Of a stretch of DNA of 64,000 nucleotides, positions 8,100 to 16,841 are shown piece by piece; the first letter of the stretch is position 1; each line of letters opens with the position of its first letter. Below the pieces are notes generated by a model. It did not search any database, was not told the origin of the DNA, and saw only the letters and a list, made by a program, of their open reading frames with translations. Made by a program: the position numbers and the translations under genes. The DNA comes from Desulfatiglandales bacterium (GTDB lineage: Bacteria; Desulfobacterota; DSM-4660; Desulfatiglandales; Desulfatiglandaceae): positions 5,216,001 through 5,280,000 of the forward strand of contig OY759599.1 in NCBI GenBank assembly GCA_963662465.1, read 5' to 3'.

Positions 8100-9743
8100 T
8101 CATGCCATATGGACGCTGACCTGCTGAAAGGGAATAACCCAGTTATGTTGATTGCAGGCCTCCACGCAGATTTTTTGAATAGCCCTTTCCAACACCCAGT
8201 ATTCTGAACCGGCGTTTCCATTGAATTCGGCCAGAATAGCCACATCCAGGGAAGAAGCGCCGGCTTCCTTGAACTCCACGCGAATACGCTGGATAAGGTC
8301 GCCGTATCCAGCCTCTGTGAGCCCATCCACGACGGCTTTCTGAATAATTTTAGGAATCTCAACGGTGGAGATGCCCTGGTGCCGGTAATCCAGACCGAAT
8401 ATGCCCGTCAACCGGTAGCCGTTGGAAAGATTGGTGGGCGATTGGGTAAGATAATCGGAAGTAGCGTAATATTTCAAGGCACTGCCCTTCAGCTGGAGGG
8501 TCACCATTTCCGGGGTCTGGGCTGCCACCTTGCCATAAGTCCCGTCCGCCAGCCGCACCCAGTCTCCACGCCTGGAAGGGAACCAGGGCTCGTTCTCGAT
8601 GGCGGGCCGGGATCGAAGCGCCAGAAGATCATTAATGCGCAACCGAATAAAACCGTTTTCAAGGGCTTTATTTTCAAGCTTGGAGTTCATATTGATGGAG
8701 GCTACTTCGTATGGAATTCCTTTGTAAACAACCACTTCCCCTTCTCTTACGGCGCCAAAATTCAACATCAACGCCACCTGGTTCCAGAATCGGGGAAACG
8801 CCTGCTTGGATGCCCAGACAATCCCCATAACAAATATGATGGCCAGAGACAAAAGGAACCAGTCTCCCATAAAATACAGGGTTCCCAATAGAACAAACGC
8901 CGACAAGGCCACCGTAAACAGGGTATAAAACAGGTCAAAAATCCGAACGGTAAAAGATCGTCCCTTTTTATGGAGAGGGCCGATGCGAAAAATCAATTTA
9001 TGAAAATAGTGCAGTGCCACCCACACAAAGGCAAAAGCAAAAAACGCCAGAAACAGATTGAGCCCCCTGCTCTTGAAAAAAACCCCAACATCCTGAAAAG
9101 ATCGTGCGATGGATTTTTTTCGGCCCAATGCCTTTTCCAAGGCCTTTTCCGAAACGACCATTCGGGTTTTTATTTCGGTTTCCTTGTTTTCCCAAGCCCG
9201 TATCAATTGCCCCAGCCTTTCCGTCAGTTGCGGATTGCTGGTATCGGATACAAGGGCCAGCAACCTGGTCTGGGCCGTTTGAACAATTTGAAGCTGAGCA
9301 TCATACTGGGCCATCTCGTTTCTCAAGGCCTCAATCTTTCGAGGCCGGGATGTCATTTTTTTGACCTCGCTCATAAGGGGGGCAAGGAATTCCGTCAGTT
9401 CCCGATTCCAATTGACTTCCTGGTCTTTCTCTTCCTCAAGGGTACACAGCCCCACACCTGCGCTTAATCGTTCAAAACTGCCTTCCATGACTCGCAGCTT
9501 CATTTCAAATTCATCCAACTTGGACCGCAGTTCTTTTTCCCTGCCAATCCCATCAGGGCCCTGCATAACTTCCCGGGTGGCGGAAATCATCCTTGACAGG
9601 TTGCTCATGGATTGAACAAGCCCTTCAAGGTTGCGAATAGTCGGCTGAATATCCACCTCGGAAGCCGTTGCCGGTAAAAACGGCAACGGCACCACCCAAA
9701 CGAAAAAGAGCAGAAAAAACAAGAACAAAAAGATTCTTTTCAT
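8100..9743 (-). CDS. MscS-like mechanosensitive channel with large periplasmic coiled-coil N-terminus
   Basis: Signal peptide, coiled-coil region, 3 TMs, C-terminal EFKEAGASSLD...WVIPFQQVSVH. Confidence 0.65.
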   Translation of the reverse strand: MKRIFLFLFFLLFFVWVVPLPFLPATASEVDIQPTIRNLEGLVQSMSNLSRMISATREVMQGPDGIGREKELRSKLDEFEMKLRVMEGSFERLSAGVGLCTLEEEKDQEVNWNRELTEFLAPLMSEVKKMTSRPRKIEALRNEMAQYDAQLQIVQTAQTRLLALVSDTSNPQLTERLGQLIRAWENKETEIKTRMVVSEKALEKALGRKKSIARSFQDVGVFFKSRGLNLFLAFFAFAFVWVALHYFHKLIFRIGPLHKKGRSFTVRIFDLFYTLFTVALSAFVLLGTLYFMGDWFLLSLAIIFVMGIVWASKQAFPRFWNQVALMLNFGAVREGEVVVYKGIPYEVASINMNSKLENKALENGFIRLRINDLLALRSRPAIENEPWFPSRRGDWVRLADGTYGKVAAQTPEMVTLQLKGSALKYYATSDYLTQSPTNLSNGYRLTGIFGLDYRHQGISTVEIPKIIQKAVVDGLTEAGYGDLIQRIRVEFKEAGASSLDVAILAEFNGNAGSEYWVLERAIQKICVEACNQHNWVIPFQQVSVHMA

Positions 9744-9798
9744 GGGATATCACCTGATTTTCAACCATTCGGTTTCCTAAAACCGAAAAGAAATACCG

Positions 9799-10035
9799 CT
9801 ACTTCCCAATGGTCACACTATCGTCCGCAACCAAATCCCTGGCGCCGGCCTTCAGGAGCGCGGGATTTAGAAACAGCTCCGACTTTTTTGATCCTCTGGC
9901 ATCGATAAAGGTATCATCAAGGGTCATCTGGGTTTTTTTCAAAATCTTAATACTGCTATCCATCAGGATGAAATGGTAATTCAAAACGCCGTAAACACCG
10001 GCGGCCACAATAATCAGAAAAAAAAGTTTTTTCAT
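9799..10035 (-). CDS. small membrane-anchored hypothetical protein
   Basis: 78 aa with an N-terminal TM and GAGG RBS; co-oriented with neighbours. Confidence 0.65.
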   Translation of the reverse strand: MKKLFFLIIVAAGVYGVLNYHFILMDSSIKILKKTQMTLDDTFIDARGSKKSELFLNPALLKAGARDLVADDSVTIGK

Positions 10036-10106
10036 AGGAAGAACCTCATTTCAGTGAGAAAGCGCGAAAAGTTGCCATTGCCTTGGAAATCTTCGGCAAG
10101 CTCAGC

Positions 10107-10733
10107 TCACTCCTTTGTCATCACAATCTCAACCCGGCGGTTAAACTGCTTGTTCTTTCCTGAAGTATTGGGTTTTAGGGGCATGCTTTCTCCATAACCT
10201 ATTACCTTCAGTCGGTCCGGCGAAATATTGTAATGATCAATTAAATATTTTTTAACGGCTCCCGCCCGATTCAGGCTCAACCGAAGATTGTATTTGTCCT
10301 TTCCATCGGAATCCGTATGCCCGTTGATAGTCATGATTCTCTCACGCAGGCGAGGATCGGAGAGCGCCTTTCCCAATTCATCCAGGAGATTGAAAGATCC
10401 CGGTCGAATGGTAAAACTGTTGACGTCGAACTCAATTTTGAGATTAACAAAACCGCCGATCCTTTTTTCCGGAGTGTTGACGGTCTCCCATACTTCAACC
10501 CCTTTTTCCTTTTTCAACACCTTAATGGACCGGGTTTTTTTCTCTGGTTTTCCGGGGACGTTCAAAGGTTCCCAGCCTTCCTCGCTTTTTGACTGGTGAC
10601 GGCTGCTTTGATCAGGCTTAAGAAGACTTTCGGTAATCCCTCCGGAAGTTGTTTCAAAACCGTCCTCCGCACACAGATAACTGCTCGTGAAAAGCAAAAA
10701 AATAGATGCCGCCAGCAGAATTGTTTTTGCCAT
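10107..10733 (-). CDS. OmpA-family peptidoglycan-binding protein
   Basis: IEFDVNS, GHTDSDG...NLRLSLNRA.AV, GYGES.P...NRRVEI; signal peptide; ATG 10733 has GGAGG upstream. Confidence 0.9.
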   Translation of the reverse strand: MAKTILLAASIFLLFTSSYLCAEDGFETTSGGITESLLKPDQSSRHQSKSEEGWEPLNVPGKPEKKTRSIKVLKKEKGVEVWETVNTPEKRIGGFVNLKIEFDVNSFTIRPGSFNLLDELGKALSDPRLRERIMTINGHTDSDGKDKYNLRLSLNRAGAVKKYLIDHYNISPDRLKVIGYGESMPLKPNTSGKNKQFNRRVEIVMTKE

Positions 10734-10883
10734 GTCATCCCCCCTCCATATTTTGCCGGATATCACCATTTAAGATAGATGCCTATATTTCGCTTTTTCA
10801 TTTTTTATTGTCAAGTCCGTAAATCAAAACACACAGGTTTACTCTCAAAACATTGTTTTAGGGAATTATTGGGATGGTTTTTG

Positions 10884-10912
10884 TTGATATTCCTATTCAG
10901 GTGTCATAAAAT
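10884..10912 (+). promoter_or_regulatory. putative sigma70 promoter of the envelope cluster
   Basis: TTGATA, 17 bp, TAAAAT in the AT-rich divergent intergenic region. Confidence 0.5.
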
Positions 10913-11018
10913 TGCTACTGTTCGCTAAAAAATGACGTTATAAAACACACCGATATCTGAATGAAAATTAAAACATTTTTTAATTAACCAATCTTGAATA
11001 AAAATTAAGGAGGAGAAA

Positions 11019-12170
11019 ATGGAAAAAAGAGGCAAAATTCAGTTTTTCTTACTATTTTCATGGCTGGTCTTTCTGTCGATGGCAACCACGAGCTGGGCCA
11101 TTGAAACCACCAGTATTGGGGAAGGGCAAACCCGTCAGGAAGCCATCAACAACGGAATCCGGGTTGCCGTCGAGCAGGCGTTGGGAACCCTGGTCAAATC
11201 AGACACCCAGGTCAGTCAGGGAAAACTCGTATGGGACAGAATCGCATCTGCCAGCGCCGGCTACGTTAAAGACTACAAAGTGCTGGCGGAAGGAAAAGAC
11301 CCTGTCACGGACGTCTATAAAGTGAAGCTGGCCGTCAATGTTGACGACTACAAATTGAAAGGCGCCGTGGATGATTTCCTGAAAGATCCCAAGCAGCAGC
11401 AGATCTTTCAGGAAACCAAATTCGACGAACGAAAAGTCATCGTGGTCTATCAACCCCAAACCGGTTTTGACCTGCCTTACGACTCCAAAGGAGTTCAGAC
11501 CATTATGGGACTGGTTCAGGACAAATTGGCGGCGCACCGCTTCCGGGTATTCTTACCGGAACAGATTAAACGGATTAAAGGCAAAAGCGCTGAAATGGTC
11601 GTGGACGAGGAAACCGCCATTGAAATCGGCCGACAGGAAACCGGCGACTGCGTTGTGATCGTCAGCCTTGACGGCGCCAAGAGGCCCACTAACGACGGTT
11701 TTTTTCTCTTGATGTGCACATTGAATCTGAGAGCCTTTGATACGACAACGGGGGCGCTGTTCGCGAATGTTCAGGACAGGGACAAAACCATCAGCCGTGG
11801 GGGCGATTACGCCATTCAAGACGGCATATCACGGGCAGCCATCAAAATAGGGCCGCGGGCCGTGGAAAACCTGGTTAAGAAAATCGTCAAAAGGTTCAGT
11901 GGTCCCAAATATATAACCCTTATTCTCAAAAACATCTCCAGGAAAAACCAGAACCAAATGGAGGATATCCTGGATGAACTGGGCTGGAGAGTTCGCGTTG
12001 CCCGGCAAACCGGAAATTATATCGAATTCGAGATCATCGGCGAAGCCGACCCTTCCTCCGTCAGGAAGATTGTACGAAAAGAAATTCAGAAGGCTGGACT
12101 GCCTTTAAAAGCAGGTGAAAAAGTCGGGAGTCGGATTACATTTGACGGAGAAGCAACGGGGGGATATTAG
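11019..12170 (+). CDS. secreted FlgT N-terminal-domain-like protein
   Basis: Signal peptide; GEGQTRQEAINNGIRVAVEQALGTLVKSDTQV...GYVKDYKVL; middle alpha/beta domain; AGGAGG RBS. Confidence 0.65.
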   Translation: MEKRGKIQFFLLFSWLVFLSMATTSWAIETTSIGEGQTRQEAINNGIRVAVEQALGTLVKSDTQVSQGKLVWDRIASASAGYVKDYKVLAEGKDPVTDVYKVKLAVNVDDYKLKGAVDDFLKDPKQQQIFQETKFDERKVIVVYQPQTGFDLPYDSKGVQTIMGLVQDKLAAHRFRVFLPEQIKRIKGKSAEMVVDEETAIEIGRQETGDCVVIVSLDGAKRPTNDGFFLLMCTLNLRAFDTTTGALFANVQDRDKTISRGGDYAIQDGISRAAIKIGPRAVENLVKKIVKRFSGPKYITLILKNISRKNQNQMEDILDELGWRVRVARQTGNYIEFEIIGEADPSSVRKIVRKEIQKAGLPLKAGEKVGSRITFDGEATGGY

Positions 12171-12171
12171 A

Positions 12172-13140
12172 ATGAAACGTTACCCGCATGCGAAGTCGGC
12201 ATTATTTTTTTTCCTGTTCCTGACATCCTGCGTATCCACGGGGCCCTCCAGCACGGGAGCGCTGGTTAAGGTTTACCGACCCAATACCGAAACTGCGTCC
12301 CTGGCCTGCTCAACACCTCAAAGCAAGGGGATGTCCTTTATGTATGTGGGTCCTGAAACCATTTCCGGGCAGGTGACCCCAAAAGAAAAAAAACTGATCA
12401 CCCAATTCGCCCGCGCAGTTCTCAGCGAAACCCGGGTTATCAACCCCATCGGAATTCCACCCATGGAAGGAGAATACCCGAACCTCTCCATTGACGTGCT
12501 TGAATTGTCCGTGACCACCCAGAAAGGAAAAAACCGAATTACCCGGAAGGGCGCTTTTCAGGCCAACATCAATATTCGGCAGATGGGGCTTATCGACTGC
12601 GCAACCACTGAACCCATTTCAATCGACAAGCAATATGAAACCCCATGTTATAAGGCTGAAACCCTTCTTTCCGAACGGAATATTAAGGAAAAGATGATCA
12701 AAGAGGCCATCCGCCACGCTGTCAGGCAGTTTGTGCCGGTGAAACGCACGGTGCTTCGCCCCGTGAAAACCGGAGGCGGAGACATGGTGGAAAATTCAGC
12801 CCGGATGATTGACGGAGGGAATTGCCGAGGGGCTTATGAAGCCATCAAACCCATTGTGAAAAGCCCTGACTGTAAAAATGCCGACTTGCTCTATAACGCC
12901 GGCGTTGCCGTAGAGTGCATGGCCTGGAAAGGGGCGATCAATCAGAAAATTCAAACCCGTTATCTTCAGGAAGCGGAAAAATACTACCGGAAAGCCGCCA
13001 TGTTGGCGCCCGAGGATGGCGATATGCAGAAAGCCAGTCGTGAGGTCTCCTACGAGGTGGAAACATTCTTTGTTTCCAGCGAAGCGCAGAATAACACACG
13101 GCAAGAACGAGATAAGTATAAAGCCCCTACCGGTTATTAG
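12172..13140 (+). CDS. lipoprotein with C-terminal TPR
   Basis: Lipobox LTSC; LLYNAGVAVE...YYRKAAMLAP TPR; ATG 12172 directly follows the previous stop. Confidence 0.65.
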   Translation: MKRYPHAKSALFFFLFLTSCVSTGPSSTGALVKVYRPNTETASLACSTPQSKGMSFMYVGPETISGQVTPKEKKLITQFARAVLSETRVINPIGIPPMEGEYPNLSIDVLELSVTTQKGKNRITRKGAFQANINIRQMGLIDCATTEPISIDKQYETPCYKAETLLSERNIKEKMIKEAIRHAVRQFVPVKRTVLRPVKTGGGDMVENSARMIDGGNCRGAYEAIKPIVKSPDCKNADLLYNAGVAVECMAWKGAINQKIQTRYLQEAEKYYRKAAMLAPEDGDMQKASREVSYEVETFFVSSEAQNNTRQERDKYKAPTGY

Positions 13141-13207
13141 AGACGGCGTGAAACATTTAACGAGGTTGTAAATGCGCTTATCACCACTCAAAAAAAGGTA
13201 AATTGAA

Positions 13208-14539
13208 ATGAAAAATTTCACCTGTTTATTTATGGCCCTGTTGCTTTTTTCGGGGTGTATGAAGGTCATTGAAGGCACAACCGGCATCGAAATTTCAAAA
13301 AATACCAATCCGGTCATGGAGCTGGAAATGGATCTGGTGTTTCTGGACGAACTGGCGGCCCTGACCAAGTTGAATCAGATTATCCTGGAGCGGGTCCCCA
13401 TCTCTTTGGACGATCAATGGCCGGCCCTGCTGAATGACTATTCCGCCAACCCCCGGGAAGGGGAGACAGAACGATACGAGGCATACAAAGCATGTCTGAC
13501 GGAACTCCTGAAGCAGGATTTTAGTTTTTACGGCAATTACAATCCATCCATGTATTTTAATCTTTTAAGCGGCAGCAGCACCGGCATTCAGGCCCTGCTG
13601 GCCCAGGGTCTGATTGCCGCCCGCAATACCCTGATCATGAACGGGGCTGAGGAAATGGGACGAAAGTATGAACATGGAAAATGGGTGATCAGCTATTTCC
13701 CCTTCGGCTGTAAATGCCCTTTTTACAGCTCGAGATTCGAACACCTTGTGCCGGGATGCAGTGAATGCAGGCAGGCCGGCAGGAGAACCGATTGCCCGTT
13801 CTTCAGCCGACCAACGGAAGAAATGCTCTACGAGTATCTGCTCGACAAGGGTGGTTTGGACGCATGGGAGGACCTGAAAATCTCCCCGAATTGCCTCCAT
13901 ATCGTGGAGGGAGAGAAACTGGGCCCCTTTAAAACGGTTTTCTATTCCCTTTTTCCCGATCATATCCGCGATGAAGCGGAGAAGGTGGATGCAGATCTGG
14001 CATCAGTGGAAACCGAACTTAAATTTACGCAGGAAAGACTCAAAGAAAAGGATCTGTCTTCAACCGAACAGATATCCCTTGAAAAGGAAGAGGACAACCT
14101 GGAAGCAGCGGTGAACAACCTTATTGTCGTTCAGAAAAAATTGTATGCTGCCGCCCTGTCAACTCTGGAACCGACGTCTGAAAAAATCATAAAGGCCAAA
14201 AGGCTGTTGGAGATCACCCGGTTCATCAATGAAGGCTTCGATGAAATTTCAACGGCCATGTTTGCCTTGACCGTCAAAATGACCGATGACATGATCGTTT
14301 TTTCACAACTGGGCTCCGTACAGATGAACAGCGACAGCATATCCCTGGCCAACGAGGGGGTTGCATCGAAGCCCATGTCCCGGGAAAGGGCCAAGCTCCT
14401 GACCCAAAGACTTACAAACCTGCCCGTCAACTACGCTTCGATTCTGGGTTATGCCATGACCCAGAAAAGTCTGGTAAACGAGTACAGCGACTATCTCGAA
14501 GCGGTGGCCGCCATGGAGGACAAATTAAAAAACCAATAA
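13208..14539 (+). CDS. hypothetical lipoprotein with Cys-rich insert and coiled coil
   Basis: Lipobox FSGC; GCKCP..GCSEC..DCP; long helical C-terminal half. Confidence 0.65.
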   Translation: MKNFTCLFMALLLFSGCMKVIEGTTGIEISKNTNPVMELEMDLVFLDELAALTKLNQIILERVPISLDDQWPALLNDYSANPREGETERYEAYKACLTELLKQDFSFYGNYNPSMYFNLLSGSSTGIQALLAQGLIAARNTLIMNGAEEMGRKYEHGKWVISYFPFGCKCPFYSSRFEHLVPGCSECRQAGRRTDCPFFSRPTEEMLYEYLLDKGGLDAWEDLKISPNCLHIVEGEKLGPFKTVFYSLFPDHIRDEAEKVDADLASVETELKFTQERLKEKDLSSTEQISLEKEEDNLEAAVNNLIVVQKKLYAAALSTLEPTSEKIIKAKRLLEITRFINEGFDEISTAMFALTVKMTDDMIVFSQLGSVQMNSDSISLANEGVASKPMSRERAKLLTQRLTNLPVNYASILGYAMTQKSLVNEYSDYLEAVAAMEDKLKNQ

Positions 14540-14577
14540 TTATAGTTTTTGAAATTCAAAATAAAGGAGGTAAAACA

Positions 14578-15780
14578 ATGCGAAGGGATTTTATACTATT
14601 GTTTTTTTTGAGTTTTGTCTGGCTGGCGGGCGGTTGCGCCACCCAGAAACTGACTCCCGTCTCGGACGAAGACAGCCCGGGGCACCATTATCTGATGGGA
14701 ATGGAGATGATCGACAAGGGAGATCTGAAGGAGGCTGAAGCCCGCTTTCAACGGGCGCTGAAGCTGGAACCGGAATACGCTCCAGCCCTAGCGGGTAGAG
14801 CCCTTTCAGCAGCCTGTCGTGCCGAAGCCGAAAGCGACGGGGAACACAAATCGGTGGAACTGGAAAGATCGCTAAATCTCCTGGATGATGCCGAGGACGA
14901 AGCAAAAGGAGATTCCCAGAAATTTATCGCCGGCGTCACCGGCATTCGGGTCTACACCCATGCAAAACCCAAGAAATGGATCAAAGACGCCGAAGATTGC
15001 TATGAAGACAGCATGGATCTGGATGAGGTCAATGTGGGGGAATTGCCCTACTATAGAAGCAAGGAGGCAGCTGCCTACTTCATGGGTAAAGCCCATTTCG
15101 CGGCCTATCAGTTCAGGGAATCGGAAGACATGCTGTCAAAGGTCTTATCGGCGCCGCCCGGTCGCTGGCATGCCCCCGCTGAAATGCTGTTTAAAAAAGT
15201 TCACAAAATTGTTCGGGCGTCCGCCGGTTTTACCCTTACAGACGTGGCCAAGAAAATCGCCGTAAAAGACAGGGTTTCCCGAGCGGATGTAGCAGCCCTG
15301 CTGGTGGATGAAATTCACCTGGACCGTTTTCTGGCCGGACGGATTCCCGTACCTCAAAAAAAAGACCCAGAGGCTTTTGTTCCCGCGGATGTACTTGGAA
15401 ATCTTTTCAAGCCCGAGATTCTCATCGTCGTAAAATGGGGACTGCGAGGGCTTGAACCTATTTATGACCAGACTTCCAGAGCCTATCTCTTTTACCCAAA
15501 CAAACCCATCAACAGAAAAGAACTGGCATTTGTTCTGGAAGACATACTGATCAAAATCACCGGGGATGAGGCAATCTCCACCAGGTATTATGGACAAACC
15601 AATTCGCCCTACCCTGACGTTCTTCCAACGTCTTCCTATTACAACGCGGTTACCAATTCGGTCACCCGGGGCCTCATGGAGCCTGATCTCTCAGGGGCTT
15701 TCAGGCCGGACGACAATACGGACGGAGCGGAATTGCTTCAGTCCGTCCTGCGGTTAAGAAATGCAATGAACATTCATTAG
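14578..15780 (+). CDS. TPR + S-layer homology (SLH) lipoprotein
   Basis: Lipobox AGGC; N-terminal TPRs; SLH-like motifs VSRADVAALL, FYPNKPINRKELA, YPDV...YYNAV...RGLM...FRPD. Confidence 0.75.
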   Translation: MRRDFILLFFLSFVWLAGGCATQKLTPVSDEDSPGHHYLMGMEMIDKGDLKEAEARFQRALKLEPEYAPALAGRALSAACRAEAESDGEHKSVELERSLNLLDDAEDEAKGDSQKFIAGVTGIRVYTHAKPKKWIKDAEDCYEDSMDLDEVNVGELPYYRSKEAAAYFMGKAHFAAYQFRESEDMLSKVLSAPPGRWHAPAEMLFKKVHKIVRASAGFTLTDVAKKIAVKDRVSRADVAALLVDEIHLDRFLAGRIPVPQKKDPEAFVPADVLGNLFKPEILIVVKWGLRGLEPIYDQTSRAYLFYPNKPINRKELAFVLEDILIKITGDEAISTRYYGQTNSPYPDVLPTSSYYNAVTNSVTRGLMEPDLSGAFRPDDNTDGAELLQSVLRLRNAMNIH

Positions 15781-15796
15781 AATAAGGAGATTTACC

Positions 15797-16768
15797 ATGA
15801 AAAAATTATTGGGTTCCATCGTGGTGTTTTTGACAATATTTGCTTTCATCCCGGGACTTTGGGCTGGGGATACCTGGCAAAGCGTAACCGAGCCCGCACA
15901 GGTTTTTGAAGAAGGTTATATCCAGGTCATCGGCATAAGCGAGGAAGGACAGAGTCGTTATAAAGCCCTAAGGGCGGCCACAGTGGTCGCCCAGCGAGAC
16001 CTGCTGGAAGTCATCGAGGGGCTTCGGCTCTCGGGGGAGACCACGGTAAAGGACGGCATGCTCCAATCCGACGATATTCGCACCAGCATCAATGGTTTTC
16101 TGAGAGGAGCGGTCAAGTGCGGTGAAAAATATCATAATGACAGACGGTACGGCGAAGTCTGCATGAAACTTCATATTCGCGGAAAAGGCGGATTGTATGA
16201 TGTAATTCTACCATTGATCAAAGAAAAAAAGATTCAAAAAGTGATGCCTGATCTGCCGCGGGACTACTACAAACCCCAAATGATCCCCAAAGTAGTGGGG
16301 ACCGAGGTTGTGGAGGAAGTGGTTCAGAAAGAGGTTCCGGAACCCGGGAACAAAATAGCGATCATTACGGAAAAAGTCACCGAGACCGCCGCGGTTGTCG
16401 AGGAGGTTCCGGTGGTTCCTCCCGTCATTATTTTTGACGGTCTTATCGTGGACGTTCGGGATTTCCAGTTCAGACCTGCCCTGGTCAACACCGTCGTTAC
16501 CGATGGAGACAAGGTCGTATTTGATCCGTCCAAGATATTGAGCGCCATCCTGGTGGAAAGAGGGTGCGGCGGGTTTACCACGGACCCCAACAAGGCCAAA
16601 GCACTGCTTGAGAGTTGGGGGAGTACAAAACCCATGATCGTCAAAGGGCTGGGAGTGGTCAAAATGACCAATGCCCAGGTCTCCTCGGACGATGCGGCCG
16701 CCATTTACCTGAGCGATCAAAAAAGCAACCTGCTGGCGCAGGCCAAGGTGGTTTTTCTTCTGAAATAG
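15797..16768 (+). CDS. LPP20/FlgP-like secreted protein
   Basis: Signal peptide; ALRAATVVAQRDLLEVIEG...TTVKD..LQSD.I...INGFLRGA; C-terminal FDGLIVD...KVVFLL domain. Confidence 0.65.
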   Translation: MKKLLGSIVVFLTIFAFIPGLWAGDTWQSVTEPAQVFEEGYIQVIGISEEGQSRYKALRAATVVAQRDLLEVIEGLRLSGETTVKDGMLQSDDIRTSINGFLRGAVKCGEKYHNDRRYGEVCMKLHIRGKGGLYDVILPLIKEKKIQKVMPDLPRDYYKPQMIPKVVGTEVVEEVVQKEVPEPGNKIAIITEKVTETAAVVEEVPVVPPVIIFDGLIVDVRDFQFRPALVNTVVTDGDKVVFDPSKILSAILVERGCGGFTTDPNKAKALLESWGSTKPMIVKGLGVVKMTNAQVSSDDAAAIYLSDQKSNLLAQAKVVFLLK

Positions 16769-16794
16769 GCCTGGCTAAGAACCCGGACTTGCCT

Positions 16795-16819
16795 GCCCGC
16801 CGGACTTGTTCCGGCGGGC
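16795..16819. repeat. GC-rich hairpin (REP-like or terminator)
   Basis: GCCCGCCGGA-CTTGT-TCCGGCGGGC, perfect 10-bp stem, intergenic. Confidence 0.5.
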
Positions 16820-16841
16820 TTTCCATAGCGGGGATAGAAAA

